A DNA stretch of 63,429 bases from Atractiella rhizophila (Eukaryota): the NCBI GenBank assembly GCA_021432655.1, contig MU271416.1, positions 1 to 63,429 of the forward strand, given 5' to 3'. Positions within the stretch are counted from its first letter, which is position 1; the number at the start of each line of letters is the position of its first letter. Below are positions 26,435 through 42,905 of the stretch, piece by piece. A program made the position numbers and the translations under genes. A model generated the notes under the pieces. It was not told the origin of the DNA and searched no databases. It saw only the letters and a program-made list of their open reading frames with translations.

Positions 26435-28090
26435 AGATATCTAAATTGCTCTGCTATCAATTGTATGAAGTCCAATTTCTCCCATCGGCTGAGCTACTCC
26501 AAGTGAGGTATCATACATACACAGAACCCATAACATACATCAAGTAAAAACAGGCAAACGTAAGGGGCATTAAGAACTGATAACTATAAAGTCAGGCTCT
26601 CTTGAGGGGTATTGTTCTCCGCCTGGGTTTGGTTATGCGAGCTTTCGGAGAGAGGGGTTATTGCTTCTTTGGTGGTGGTCTTTCCCTCTTGGTCGAATTT
26701 GATCTTGCGCTCTGAGGTTGACGGAACGGACTGGTCGTTGGACGAGTCCTTTGGATTTCTGGGTGTGGGATGTGATTGGGGTCGTAAAGGTCTCGTTGCC
26801 TTTCGAAGGGCACGGTCGACAGGCCTCCAACACCAAGTCCACAACGTTTTCAAAGATTTGGAGCCTTCACCCTTCAGGACTGCTACTGAATGCCCAAATT
26901 CTTGCAGCTGTGCCAACATGAGCGCGGAGCTCCAGAAGACGGCAATCCCTCGACCAATTCTGGACGTCATGGAGAAGGACTTGTCGATTTCCTTCTGAAC
27001 CGTGCTCGGTGATGTCTTGATTTTTTTCCGTTCTCGCAGTCCACACAACTCGCGGATATAGACGACGCAAGAAACAACACTGACGGTGAGGAGGATGACT
27101 ATGAAGATTAGGAACTGAAGAGCGATCATGATTGGGGAGAAGCAGGCTTGGATGATTCCCTTTGTTATTCGGTGAACTGTTCCGACGCGAAGATACAAAA
27201 TCAGGAAGAGAAGGAGAAGATGTTCTCCCTGTTGACAGAATTTACCCTATGCACCAGAGATGAACGAATGATACGTACGAAAAACATGATTAGCGGTACC
27301 CAGAAAGGCTGCAATGGGCGAATGGGTTGCCATAGCCCAGTCGGTCGATCGATAGCAGCAATCATTGAAAGCACGAGAACAAGGAAAGACCATAACGAAT
27401 GCCAGTCTAGCAGCGTCAAATACGAGGCTCGAGGCAACAGGGAGTACATGGAGATAGAGTACGCCGCTGTAGATATCGACGATCAGGGTCTCCTTAGACA
27501 AAAGCGGGAGAGCACACGAACCTAGGGCAAGGACAACAGTGATAGAAAAAGTAAGGCGAGCAAGTTGCTCATTGGTATCATCGGTTCGGGCTATCAGGAA
27601 AACAGCGAGTGAAGAAATCGTGATCAGGTCTATCGAATCTGTTAGGTGACAACGCAGCTTCTTATGAAAGTAGTTTACCGATTGGGAACACTACTTTGAC
27701 TATCCATGGCATCCAATTCCTGCTGATGCTAATCCGAAGCTCGATGGCTGAATTCCATTGATTGAGCTCCGAAGGTCCAATTTCAAGCTGGGAGACGTCC
27801 TAAAGAGTACCACATTGTGAGCAACCTGTTCCAAGAGCAGCAAAAACGGACGCGGATGGTTGAATCCTTGAGCGACATGAACAAACGATGGAAAGAAACT
27901 TTATGAATCGTCCAATACGGCGCTATCTTTTCAACCATCGCTCTGTGGATAGCTTCACTTGCCCTCACGTGTGGCTTTGTAAATAGAATCTCGTCTGACA
28001 TTTGCTGCAAAACCTGCACAATACATCATTAGCTTCCAAAGGATGCAACGGGAATGCATCTCACAACTCTAACGACGAGGACCTGTTCGT
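24239..28090 (+). repeat. Copy 1 of a 3.9-kb direct duplication
   Basis: Near-identical to 28116-31994; ends at the N gap. Confidence 0.95.
26584..27712 (-). CDS. Hypothetical multi-pass membrane protein (copy 1)
   Basis: GT-AG introns join MPWIVKVVFPI/DSIDLITISSLAVFL../AYSISMYSLLPR../GEHLLLLFLILYLR.. into one frame with several hydrophobic segments. Confidence 0.55.
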
Positions 28091-28115
28091 NNNNNNNNNN
28101 NNNNNNNNNNNNNNN
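28091..28115. other. Assembly gap (25 N)
   Basis: Run of n exactly at the junction of the two duplicate copies. Confidence 1.
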
Positions 28116-30338
28116 AGCCCATTCGACTCCTTTCTCCTCCTTCGAGGCGTCAAAACCTTGTCCATCCGCATGGACCGTCAGCAAATGAACTCTATGCGAA
28201 TTGCGACGTACCTTGATCAGCTTGGATTCCGTGTCCACTATCCTGGACTGCCCAATCATCCAGGGAAAGAGATTCACGACCGGATCTCAAAGGGCAACGG
28301 GGCAGTCCTCAGCTTTGAAACAGGCGACAAGGAGTTGAGCGAGAAGATTGTGGGCGGAACCAGGCTGTGGGGAATCAGCGTGAGCTTTGGATGTGTGTGA
28401 ACAGCTTGATCAGCATGCCTTGTCTCATGTCGTACGTTCCGATCCTTCCTTTGAATTCTTGAGCATTTCAAACTGGTGTTTTTGTAAGCCATGCCTCCAT
28501 CGATCCTGCAGTGCGAGCAGCTAGGAACCTACCTGAGGATCTCATCCGTCTGTGCGTTGGTATCGAGGATGTCGAAGACTTAATCGAGGACCTTGAGGCT
28601 GCTCTTATCGAAGCTGGGGCTGTTCACTACATCGAAGGACGTGCCGGTGGCCCATTCCTCCAAAGAACTGAGGCTTCAACCACCGTAGAAGCGTCGGCGA
28701 TGGCGAAGCTTTCGATTCAAGGGCGAGATCAGCGCGAACTGGTGACTTCGGCTCCAGGAAAAGTTATTTTATTTGGAGAGCATGCTGTTGTGCATGGCAT
28801 TGTAAGCTTATTCCAAATTGCCCCTTGTTCATATTTAAGACATGATTCAGACTGCTATTGCCGGATCTGTGGATTTACGATGCTACGCCTATACCCAAAG
28901 AAGGGAAGATTCCAAGATTGTGCTGTCTTTGCCAGATGTAAACGAAGAGTTTGGTTGGGAGGTTGACGAACTTCCTTGGGACGACTTAGAGTTTGATTCT
29001 GTGGAGGACGTTGCGAATCATGCCCTCAGTGCGACCGTCCTCGACCTGTTGGAGAAGCAGCTACGCAAACGGGATAAGGAGATCAAGATAAGTGGAGCGA
29101 TAGCTTTTGCTTATCTGTATATGCACTTGATCGGGAGGGAGAAAGCGTTTGTCCTTTGTCGTAGCATCAAAAACAGTTCTGACCTCGTGAACTAGGCACG
29201 GGATTACGATGACCATACGTTCCTCTCTTCCCATTGGGGCTGGCTTGGGCTCCTCCGCTGCTTTCTCAGTCACCATCGCGTCCGCTTTCCTCTACATGTC
29301 AAAGCGACTCCCCATTGCTTCTCCCATCTCCAGAGGAAGAAGCACATCATCAAGGCCGGCGTGCCATCCCAGTTGACCAAGCGGACCTCGTCAACGGTTG
29401 GGCTTTTGTTGGAGAAAAGATTCTGCATGGTAATCCCAGTGGAGTTGATAACTCGGTCGCTACTCATGGTGGCGCCATTGCCTTCACCAAAGGAATTGGT
29501 GGCAAGCCAGCTCAAATGGAGGGACTGCACGGGTAAGCTCATGGTTTATGCTCTCAGGGAAAGTGACAAATGGATCTCTAGCTTTAAGTCAATTCGCTTC
29601 CTCCTGACAAATACAAAAGTACCACGGGATACGAAGACTCTCGTTGCTGGCGTCGGAAAGCTGAAGGAACAGGTTTGTTATTTTCCATCCTTAAACTGTA
29701 TCCAATACGAAGTCGAATAGGATCCTGAGGGCATCAAGCGTATTTTTGACGCAATTCAAAACATTAGCGACGAAGCTCGGAGGTGTCTCCTCGATACCGA
29801 GATGCCACGAGATGAGCAAATTGCCACTTTAGAGGTAGATTATCTTTTTTGCGTCGCCTCCAGATTTGACATGCTTTGCAGTCACTCGTCGATCAAAATC
29901 ATGGATATTTGAATGACCTCCAGGTCTCTCATGAAGCTTTAGAGGTTATCAAGCAGACAACAGCCGCGGCACCATTCAACCTTCATACAAAATTGACCGG
30001 CGCCGGAGGGGGCGGCTGTGCAGTGACAATAATCCCTGATGGTGAACCTCTTCATAAGGAGCGTCTTTAACAGAACTAATCTCGCTACTTTAGATTTCTC
30101 GGACGCTCTTCTGGGACGTCTGACCACCCAACTTGCGGATAAAGGCTTTGCTCCCTATCTCACGTCTGTGGGAGGTTCGGGTTATGGGATTCAGCTGCCT
30201 AATGGCAAAAGAGATGCCGTCCGGTCTGAAGGAGGAAACGAAGCATTCACGCTGCCTGGCTTGGAACGGTTCAAGCTTGCGCGTCCTGAACAACTATCCG
30301 ATTGGGCGGAAAGCAATGGGAAATGGATATATGTGTAG
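28116..30338 (+). pseudogene. 5'-truncated second copy of the STR3-ERG12 fusion (allelic contig end or pseudogene)
   Basis: Starts mid-exon at the gap; +2 (tgtgtgtga, about 28392) and +1 (ctccc, about 29322) frameshifts relative to copy 1. Confidence 0.7.
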
Positions 30339-30487
30339 AGATATCTAAATTGCTCTGCTATCAATTGTATGAAGTCCAATTTCTCCCATCGGCTGAGCTA
30401 CTCCAAGTGAGGTATCATACATACACAGAACCCATAACATACATCAAGTAAAAACAGGCAAACGTAAGGGGCATTAAGAACTGATAA

Positions 30488-31616
30488 CTATAAAGTCAGG
30501 CTCTCTTGAGGGGTATTGTTCTCCGCCTGGGTTTGGTTATGCGAGCTTTCGGAGAGAGGGGTTATTGCTTCTTTGGTGGTGGTCTTTCCCTCTTGGTCGA
30601 ATTTGATCTTGCGCTCTGAGGTTGACGGAACGGACTGGTCGTTGGACGAGTCCTTTGGATTTCTGGGTGTGGGATGTGATTGGGGTCGTAACGGTCTCGT
30701 TGCCTTTCGAAGGGCACGGTCGACAGGCCTCCAACACCAAGTCCACAACGTTTTCAAAGATTTGGAGCCTTCACCCTTCAGGACTGCTACTGAATGCCCA
30801 AATTCTTGCAGCTGTGCCAACATGAGCGCGGAGCTCCAGAAGACGGCAATCCCTCGACCAATTCTGGACGTCATGGAGAAGGACTTGTCGATTTCCTTCT
30901 GAACCGTGCTCGGTGATGTCTTGATTTTTTTCCGTTCTCGCAGTCCACACAACTCGCGGATATAGATGACGCAAGATACAACGCTGACGGTGAGGAGGAT
31001 GACTATGAAGATTAGGAACTGAAGAGCGATCATGATTGGGGAGAAGCAGGCTTGGATGATTCCCTTTGTTATTCGGTGAACTGTTCCGACGCGAAGATAC
31101 AAAATCAGGAAGAGAAGGAGAAGATGTTCTCCCTGTTGACAGAATTTACCCTATGCGCCAGAGATGAACGAATGATACGTACGAAAAACATGATTAGTGG
31201 TACCCAGAAAGGCTGCAGTGGGCGAATGGGTTGCCATAGCCCAGTCGGTCGATCGATAGCAGCAATCATTGAAAGCACGAGAACAAGGAAGGACCATAAC
31301 GAATGCCAGTCTAGCAGCGTCAAATACGAGGCTCGAGGTAACAGGGAGTACATGGAGATAGAGTACGCCGCTGTTGATATCGACGATCAGGGTCTCCTTA
31401 GGCAAAAGCGGGAGAGCACACGAACCTAGGGCAAGGACAACAGTGATAGAAAAAGTAAGGCGAGCAAGTTGCTCATTGGTATCATCGGTTCGGGCTATCA
31501 GGAAAACAGCGAGTGAAGAAATCGTGATCAGGTCTATCGAATCTGTTAGGTGACAACGCAGCTTCTTATGAAAGCAGTTTACCGATTGGGAACACTACTT
31601 TGACTATCCATGGCAT
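30488..31616 (-). CDS. Hypothetical multi-pass membrane protein (copy 2)
   Basis: Same exon structure as 26584-27712 with mostly silent or conservative differences. Confidence 0.55.
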
Positions 31617-31686
31617 CCAATTCCTGCTGATGCTAATCCGAAGCTCGATGGCTGAATTCCATTGATTGAGCTCCGAAGGTCCAATT

Positions 31687-34450
31687 TCAAGCTGGGAGAC
31701 GTCCTAAAGAGTACCACATTGTGAGCAACCTGTTCCAAGAGCAGCAAAAACGGACGCGGATGGTTGAATCCTTGAGCGACATGAACAAACGATGGAAAGA
31801 AACTTTATGAATCGTCCAATACGGCGCTATCTTTTCAACCATCGCTCTGTGGATAGCTTCACTTGCCCTCACGTGTGGCTTTGTAAATAGAATCTCGTCT
31901 GACATTTGCTGCAAAACCTGCACAATACATCATTAGCTTCCAAAGGATGCAACGGGAATGCATCTCACAACTCTAACGACGAGGACCTGTTCGTCAAATG
32001 GGAAAAAGCGGAATGTGCCGTAGAACTTAAGTTTGCCCTTGCAATGGGTGACAAAGATCAAATCATCCGGATTGTCCGGAGGGAGGTTCAACTTCTCTTC
32101 AGAGTCTGGCCTTCCTTCAGCTCGCTTCTTCTCCCTGTCTGCTCGCGATGCCCCCTTTCCATAACTGTCCCTGATCGCGCGAAAGGAGCCCTGAAGGACG
32201 GCAAACGGATCCCTCGCCAGCGAAACTGGATCGAACAGAGGGCGGGATAGGTCCTGCCTCAGTTCCGGAAACATCGAGCGGCCCAATCCATTCGTCATTG
32301 CCGGGACCTCCCCTAGCCGAAGCTGACCCATGTATGGATCACCAGGAACCCCATTTTCGTAATAGGTGCGATTCCTGTAATCAAAGTCAAGGCCTTGTCC
32401 GTAAGGCCTTGGTGCGCTGCCGTATATATCTAGATTGCGATGTCGAGACTGTACCGCAATTCGTGGGTCCCAGCGAGCATGCCGTTTCTGTCGGGCTGCA
32501 GAGACGGGGAACTGGGACAGGGTGACATTGAGCCCTGTTGTGGGATAGAGTTGGATGCTAGGAATGAAAGCTTCCGGATTCGGGTGGAGTTCTTCGTCAA
32601 TGGCCGTCTCGGTACGATACTGCTCATACTCCCCAATGTCATCTTTCCATGGCCAATGTCCTATTCTCGCTAGGTGAACGGTCTCCTCACATAGCGATGA
32701 ACAGGCGCACCTTGAGCCATGACATGAATATTCTCACCCTTTCTGTCCCTTACGTTTCTCCCGAAAATGAATTTAGCTCTGATCCTTGGAGGGAGGGTCT
32801 TGGACGGTCCCCCAGTATGGTCGGACTTCATGAACCGGATGACATTTAGGGTCCTCCTCTCTCTTTCACCTGCAACCATCCTCTTTCTCCGCCTCTCTTC
32901 TGGTGACAAGAGCTGATCCCTGATCCTTGAACCGTTCGAATCGTCCGAATTCGCACCCTCATACGGGTCTGCAGCTGCATCATACATCCCCACTGGTACG
33001 TCATCCCATGGAACCCCAACAGACGGTCCACCTCTAAAACCGCGACGGTTGAAACCTACCGGTTCCTGATAGGCCTCAGGGACCTGCCCATATCCATCTT
33101 CCCTCGTGTGAGCAGGGTCAGATCGAGAGGTGAGAACATGAAGGGTCTCCTCGTTCGGAAGGGGTGGTCGTTCACGTTCATTCTGCCCCTCTCCATTTCC
33201 ATTTCCGTCTCGTGCTTCTGTAGGATATGCATTCTGTCCCTCTCCATTTCCATTTCTGTCTCTTGCTTCTGTAGGATCTGCATTCAGCTCGACCTCTTCG
33301 ATTCCTGGCATCCCGCTCGTAGCACTGTCCATCGGTCTTTCCGCATCTCCAACTATTACAGGCTCTGATTCCCTGCTAAACACCACCCGGTGCTCTTCGT
33401 GCATTCCCGAAGGCGGCCAGCTCTGGGGGTTTCTCAACCTGACTGTCTCCGGACTACCCATCCTCGACGTCGGGTCACTCATCGCTTCTGGGGAGCGGGA
33501 CGTGTGGCGGTCGAGGGGGAGGATATGTGATCCTGGGCCTCTGGGCGAAAATGAACCTGTTTCGCGAGCATAGGCGAGATCGTTTCGCTCGTCTATGTCT
33601 TGGAGGTTTATCTCTTGTTGAAGGACCGAGGATACTCTGCATGTCTGCTCGAGCCAGGTTTGGAGACGTGATGGAGGTGGAACGGGCGGCGTTGGGTCAC
33701 TGGAGGGGTCCTGAGGTCCTGTGGTATTTGGAGGACCGTGCTCAGGTCGAGGGGTATGATCGCCGGTGGGTAGCGGAGGGGAGGGGGGATCGTTGGGTTT
33801 CAGTGGAGAGTTATCTTCGTCAGGCTTTGTTGGCGTTGTCCATGAAGCATTCAACTTTGCGAGGTTTTTCCGGTTCAACGGGAGATGCTTTTCTCGAGGA
33901 GCGGTCGCGCTCTCTGGGAGTGGTAGGTCAGAAGCGGAGAGTTGGGTGATGCTAGGATGCTGGAAGCACGTTTGGGGTAAGTTTCTAATTCTTGCCAACA
34001 GGAAAGGGAAGATACCGTCTCAGGCGCGACGGCAGGCGTCCATTGAAGCGCTATCCAAAAACTCAGATTCATAGCTCGTTCCTCCTACAATTATTGGTTA
34101 GTACAGCTGGTCTGACGACTAGCGCCGTATGGAACGGGCCAACGTACGTCGTCAAGAGCTCCAATGTCCTCCAGAAAGAATTGCAAGCCAATGTTCCTAG
34201 CTTATCATCAGAGAACCGAGAGGACTAACAAGGTGAAACGACTGACGAATGTACATTCCCCCTGGACTTGGTGACAGAATCTGGCCTCTTCGCCCAGGGA
34301 TACATTTCGTCGACGTCGAATTCATCCTTCGGCAAACGAGGATGGGCAGGCCCATAGTTGTAGCCTGGACACGAATCATTAGAAAGCTTGAATCAGGGGA
34401 CCTCAAGGTGACACATACCATAGAACTCCTGGTATCGAGAGTGCAACGTC
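31687..34450 (-). CDS. Large hypothetical protein with a Pro-rich disordered middle; boundaries uncertain
   Basis: 442-codon open exon (32670-33998) plus flanking same-strand exon-like ORFs; internal 14-aa duplication TEARD(R/G)NGNGEGQN; family not recognised. Confidence 0.5.
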
Positions 34451-34948
34451 TCCTCTCTTATAGTTGCTCCTGAACAAGTAGCGATATCTGAGCCTTGTTC
34501 GTCTGACATATCCACACCTCAACAGCTCACTCGAATGGGTATACAAGGTGATGAAAGAGCTTGAAGCCTCGAAAGTGGGCTAAGTGGCTTTGTGAGGTGC
34601 AGAGTGGAGGATGCCAGATGTTCTTCTCCGCGTGATTAGGTGTCTAGCTCAAATGCGAACGATGGCAGTTCATTTCGTTCTCTTTGGGCGAAGATCTCCC
34701 CGTTCGACGATCGTGCGGGTTCCTAGCTCTGGTCCTCACCTTCTCACGCGTCAACTCGCAACGTCTGTGGCTGCAAACCACGTGATGCACTTGGTGCAGA
34801 AGACCATAGTGATTAGTATAGTCCTGAATTTATTCCAGAACGAGGACGCGTAACTGGCACAAAGGAACTCTCTTATAAAACGACGACGTTCACTCTAAAT
34901 CCACGCCAATCAACCAAATCCACCTTTAGACGCTTTAAGTAACGAAAA

Positions 34949-37874
<2,926 letters not shown>

Positions 37875-38180
37875 TTGCCCTTTTATGCCAGTGACGATGA
37901 GAGGAACAAAATTAACGAATGTAGAATAATGAGATTTACTTGTCTTCGCAAGCCATCGATTTTGTTCGTCGAAATCATTTCAGGTGTCGCTAAAGGTTCT
38001 ACTTGCAGCTTTACTAGGAACATAATTGTGCAACCGCTCTAAATGCTGAGAGATGAAACTGAGGTATGCACGAAAGAGAGACTGCATTATCCCAAATAGC
38101 GCCGTTTCATATCTACAGAACGGGAAGAGACAGAATTAGAGAACGTGTATAAGTCCGTACAGGAAAGAAGGAGCGAGAGC

Positions 38181-38895
38181 TCATGCAACCGCCTCCGGAA
38201 CCTGATTTACATGAGCGTTGTTATTTGAGAGGTTTAAGATGACGAGAGAGAAGGGGGAAAGACATACGCGCATCTGACTGCTGAAGTAGCCCGGAGCAGC
38301 ATTCCCTTGATTCTGAGCTTCGCGCCTTCGCGCTTCGTTGAGGTTCTATTCAAAGGTCATGGTCAATAAACATTGCTTCGAAAGCCTTGAAAGAGGGCTC
38401 GGAGGAAGAAAGTGGACGGCTAGCGTACCTGCGCTTCGACTCGCGTGAGGCCACACTTGATACAGGTTGCCTGGATGAAGGAAAGAAAGGCGATGTCAAG
38501 CTCTAGATGTAAGGAGAGGAGAGGAAGAGGAAGGGATGCACCTCTTCACCTTCCTTGTGTCTCTTGTTTCCAGTGCATTGTTCGAGCAGGGGATTGGCGA
38601 GCGCTGAGGATTGAGACATTACGAGAGATAGAAAGCTTTGTGGAACTAGTTAGCCATGGAGACTGAGAGAGATTGCGCTACATACATGTAGCAAGGGCAG
38701 CAGGCGACGGCAAGAAAATAGTCGACTGGAGTGGCTGCTTTGTTCCAGACATGCTTACCTCCTTCGTCGCAGATATCTACACATCTCAAACGTCAGAAGC
38801 TGCATCGTTGTCGCATACATGTTAGGCGGCCACAAGGAAAGCGAACCTCCAAGTTCAGAGTCTGCGACAAGGGCTGATTTCTTCTCTTGTGGCAT
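38181..38895 (-). CDS. Small multi-exon Cys-rich protein (BRI3/LITAF-like layout)
   Basis: Exons read MPQEKKSALVADSELG/DICDEGGKHVW..DYFLAVACCPCY/..RKATCIKCGLTRVEAQ/..: C-x5-H, hydrophobic stretch, CxxC. Exon phases and 3' end not fully resolved. Confidence 0.45.
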
Positions 38896-39089
38896 GGTAA
38901 TGAGTGTCTGTTGGCCTAATGATGTGAATGAGTGAGGTGCTGATGGATGTGTGATATGCCCTTCAAGTGATATGCCCTTCAAGAGCACGTAGATTCCTGC
39001 CTAAATTCAGAAATTGTCTTCGTTGTCGTCTGCAACGGATCCGAGTGTGGGTGGTTGATAGTAAGGTTTAACAGGCTGTTGAAAGTTTC

Positions 39090-41121
39090 ATGCTTGTCCA
39101 ACGCCTCCGCCGTTGTTTCTCTGTCAAAAGGCTGTTAAGCAGGAAAAGTCACAGTATGGCTGCTAGAGACTACAAGGTGAGCCTCTCCTTGGGATCACCC
39201 TTTTTTTGGCTGATTTACGCTCACAGTCAGCTGTGGAAGCCCTCAACAGCCTTCAGACCAACCATCAAGTGTTGGACCAGATCCGGAAGACGGGGAGACC
39301 CAACGTGAACGGCAGAAGGAGCATAGACGAAGACAGAGAATATGTTAAGCGGATAGGGTACCAAGTACGCGAATTTCCTCCTCAACATTCACAGAAAGAA
39401 GACTGAGATATCAACAGCTCGAAGACCTCAACAAGCTGAATGTCATCCATATCACGGGAACGAAAGGCAAAGGATCGACATCAGCTTTCTGCGATTCGCT
39501 CTTGCGTTGTATGAAACCTGAGCTCAAGGTCGGAATGTACACATCCCCCCATTTGGTCGCTGTTAGGGAGCGGATAATGATCGATGGTCGGCCTTTGGAG
39601 GAGGAAAAGTTTGCTAAATATTTTTGGGAAGTTTGGGATCGCCTGGAAGAAAGCGCAAAGAAGGTGTGTACTCCTCTTACTCATCTATTGATGAAGAATT
39701 CAATTTCTGACATAACGGTACAATAGGTCGGAGATGAGAGTGACATGAAACCCAAACCAATGTATTTTCGGTACCTCACGCTCCTGATGTGGCACGTCTT
39801 TCTCTCCGAGAAGGTATCCTGCCTCCTCCCTCTCCGTTACGCAAAGATGATTTGATCGTTGAAAATCTAGGTCGACGCCTCAATAATAGAGGTCGGCATC
39901 GGAGGCACTTTTGACTCGACTAACATTGTCCCAAAGCCGAAGATTGCTGGTATCACGAGCTTGGGCATAGATCATGTCACCGTTTTAGGGAAAACTATAC
40001 CTGAGATCGCAGATCAGAAAGGAGGGATTTACAAGGTATTATTCTGTTGCATTTGTCCTGTAGAACGAGCTTTAAAGCTGGGTGTAGCAAGACGTGCCTG
40101 CCTTCACTGTGGAACAGCCACAAGAAGGATTCGAAGTTCTCAAGCGGAAAGCCACAGAAGCCAATGTAGGTCCTTTCTCGACTTTGCTTACCGATTCCTG
40201 TTCATGAGTAAATGAATAGGTCCGCTCCTTCAACGTCGTCACCATCAATCCCGAGCTTCGACACCTAACACTTGGGCTAGCTGGAGTACATCAGCTCTCT
40301 AATGCTTCCCTCGCCGTCTCCATGGTCCTAGCCTTCCTCAATCCCACCGCGGACCTCGCCACCTCTACAACTCCTCCGCATCTCCATTCATCCATCATCG
40401 CTCCTTCTCCCCTTCCTCCTCTCATCGTCAAAGGGCTTGAAGAAGTGCGATGGCCAGGGAGATGCCAGATTGCAGAGAGGGGGAGGCTCAGGTGGTTGTT
40501 GGACGGCGCTCACACTGTGGAAAGTCTCAAGGTCTGTGCTGAATGGTGGGTAGACACAGTAAAGACACAGTGGGTTTCGTCTCCTCTTTCTGTGGTGAGG
40601 TTGCTGACGGTGTACCGTGAAGTCCGAACAGGAAGCGCGTCTTGATTTTCAACTGTACCTCCGGAAGATCGGGGGAGTCGCTCCTCGATTCCTTCCTCAC
40701 CACCGCCGCTGGGGTCGCGTTTGAAGACGGCAAAAAGACGCTCGATCGATTCTTCGACAATGTCATCTTTTGCACCAATGTCACCTACAAAGATGGAGGG
40801 TTCAAAGGAGGTGCGTCTCGCCTTCGTGTGCCCTGAGACGATGCTGACCGCTGCAAATTGATGCTAGATCTGCAGGCGTCGAACATCTCGCCCGAATCGC
40901 TACAGCAGATGACGGTTCAACAGGAGCTCGCGGATATTTGGAGGGTCCTCGTTCAACGCGACGATCTGACGCCATTCAGAGCTTCAGAGACGGCAGTATC
41001 CGTCCTCCCGTCGATTGAAGATGCCATCCAGTTGGTACAGACGGAGGGAACAGTCGATGTCCTTGTTACGGGCAGCTTGCATCTTATTGGAGGTCTTATG
41101 GACGTGGCTAAACTAATCTGA
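39090..41121 (+). CDS. MET7: Folylpolyglutamate synthase
   Basis: AVEALNSLQTN, LNVIHITGTKGKGSTSAF, GMYTSPHLVAVRERI, EVGIGGTFDSTN, WPGRCQ, LDGAHT, VLVTGSLHLIGG. Confidence 0.93.
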
Positions 41122-41523
41122 GTTCGTTTGTTTATAAAAGGAATATAGATGTGTTGTGAATTAGAATGCCAGTTTGTGTCGTGTCACCTGATCCTGCACC
41201 TGATCTCTTGCCCTTGCCCTTCCATCCTGAATTTGAAATTGTTGCGTAATTGCCTTGGGCACGATTCATTGCACTAATACTCGTACTGATTACTAGTAGC
41301 GTCTTCCGCCAACACTTCTTCGAGTTTTCCTCGCACCCTACCGGTCTTATTCCTGCAGCTGCGCCAACATTCCTATATCCTTGCACTCGAGCTATTACAG
41401 GCGACAACGTACTGCTGGTCTGCCTCTTTTAACGTCACGTCTGCTCGGCCAGCTTAACATCACATTATTTCTACTTTACTGGCATTACGACTACCAAACT
41501 ACTCAGTAATCTACACGTTAAAA

Positions 41524-42905
41524 ATGCCCTCATTCCACTTAGAGCTAGAGGTAGACGTGGACGACATAATAGCGCGCTTGCTTGCAGGTCTGTTTCGTCA
41601 AAGTTCACGGCCCAAGGAGAAATCTTTATTGATCCTTTTTTCCCAGTACGCGGTCGTCGAACCCCGAGAGAAGTCTTCTTGCGCGAATCAGAGATACGAT
41701 GGCTCTGTGCGACTGCTAGAGAGATATTCTTAAGCCAACCCATGCTACTTGAGCTTGAAGGGAACGTCAATATTTGTGGTTCGTTTTCCTCTAATCATAG
41801 ACCTGGATGCGCTGATATATGTTGAATCTTCGTGGGAGCAGGCGATATTCATGGCCAATTCAGCGACTTGTTGAGCCTTTTCGAAATGGGAGGGTTTCCT
41901 CCTGACGCCAATTATCTCTTCTTGGGAGATTATGTCGATAGAGGCAAGCACAGCTTGGAGACGATCTGCCTACTTTTAGCTTACAAAATTAAATATCCCG
42001 AAAACATGTTCCTCCTTCGTGCGTTCTGCCTTCTCATTTCCCCACCTAACCATCCCGCAGGAGGGAATCACGAAAGTGCTTCGGTAAATCGAATATATGG
42101 ATTCTACGACGAATGTGTGTTCCTCACTGCTAAACCTCGTTATGGAGATTGAGCGATCTAGTTATAGGCAAACGACGGTTCAACATCAAGCTGTGGAAAA
42201 CCTTTACCGACCTCTTCAACTGTCTACCCGCCGTAGCACTCATCGAAGACCGTATCCTTGCGATGCATGGCGGCTTGAGTCCGGACCTGCACTCCTTGGA
42301 CCAGATTCGTTCGATGATGCGGCCAACCGACATTCCTGATACTGGTTTGGCTTTGGTTCCTCTGCCATGTCCTCCAGACGTGCTGAAATAAATTACATAG
42401 GCCTCCTGTGTGATTTGTTATGGTCCGATCCCGATCCCGATGTTCAGGGATGGGGAGCGAATGATAGAGGGGCGTAAGTCTTTCTCCTCAAAAGGTCAAC
42501 CAATCTAGCTGACGGATCACGTTAGGTCATACACTTTCGGACCGGAAGTGGTTGCGTCTTTCTTAGCAGAACACAACTTAGACCTTATCTGCAGAGCTCA
42601 CCAAGTACGTCTTTCGTAATGCCACTTTGCCCCTCAACACATTTATCGTATGCCGTGATCAGGTCGTCGAAGACGGATACGAGTTCTTCGCCAATCGGCA
42701 GCTCCTGACGGTCTTCAGTGCACCGAACTATGCTGGTCAGTTCGATAACGCAGCTGCAATGCTTTGCGTTGACGAATACCTCGTTTGCAATGTCAAAGCG
42801 AGTGCTTGCTAGACTACCATTGTATATCCTGACGAGCTCTCATAGATTCTTCGACCCTCAGATTCATTAGTTCACGGCAGTCGCAGTTACTTTCTGAGGG
42901 GATAG
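41524..42905 (+). CDS. Divergent PP1-family Ser/Thr phosphatase catalytic subunit
   Basis: [50 protein letters not shown]; last intron appears GC-AG (42798). Confidence 0.9.

Larger units (their letters stand above)
28116..31994 (+). repeat. Copy 2 of the 3.9-kb duplication
   Basis: Near-identical to 24239-28090 with scattered SNPs and indels. Confidence 0.95.

Noticed and set aside
32930..32960. gttcgaatc T-loop-like motif suggesting a tRNA
   Set aside because: Inside a long coding exon with no cloverleaf; no tRNA or rRNA gene recognised in the window.
38180..38900. Ribosomal protein S29-like zinc finger
   Set aside because: Translated exons do not match S29 motifs.
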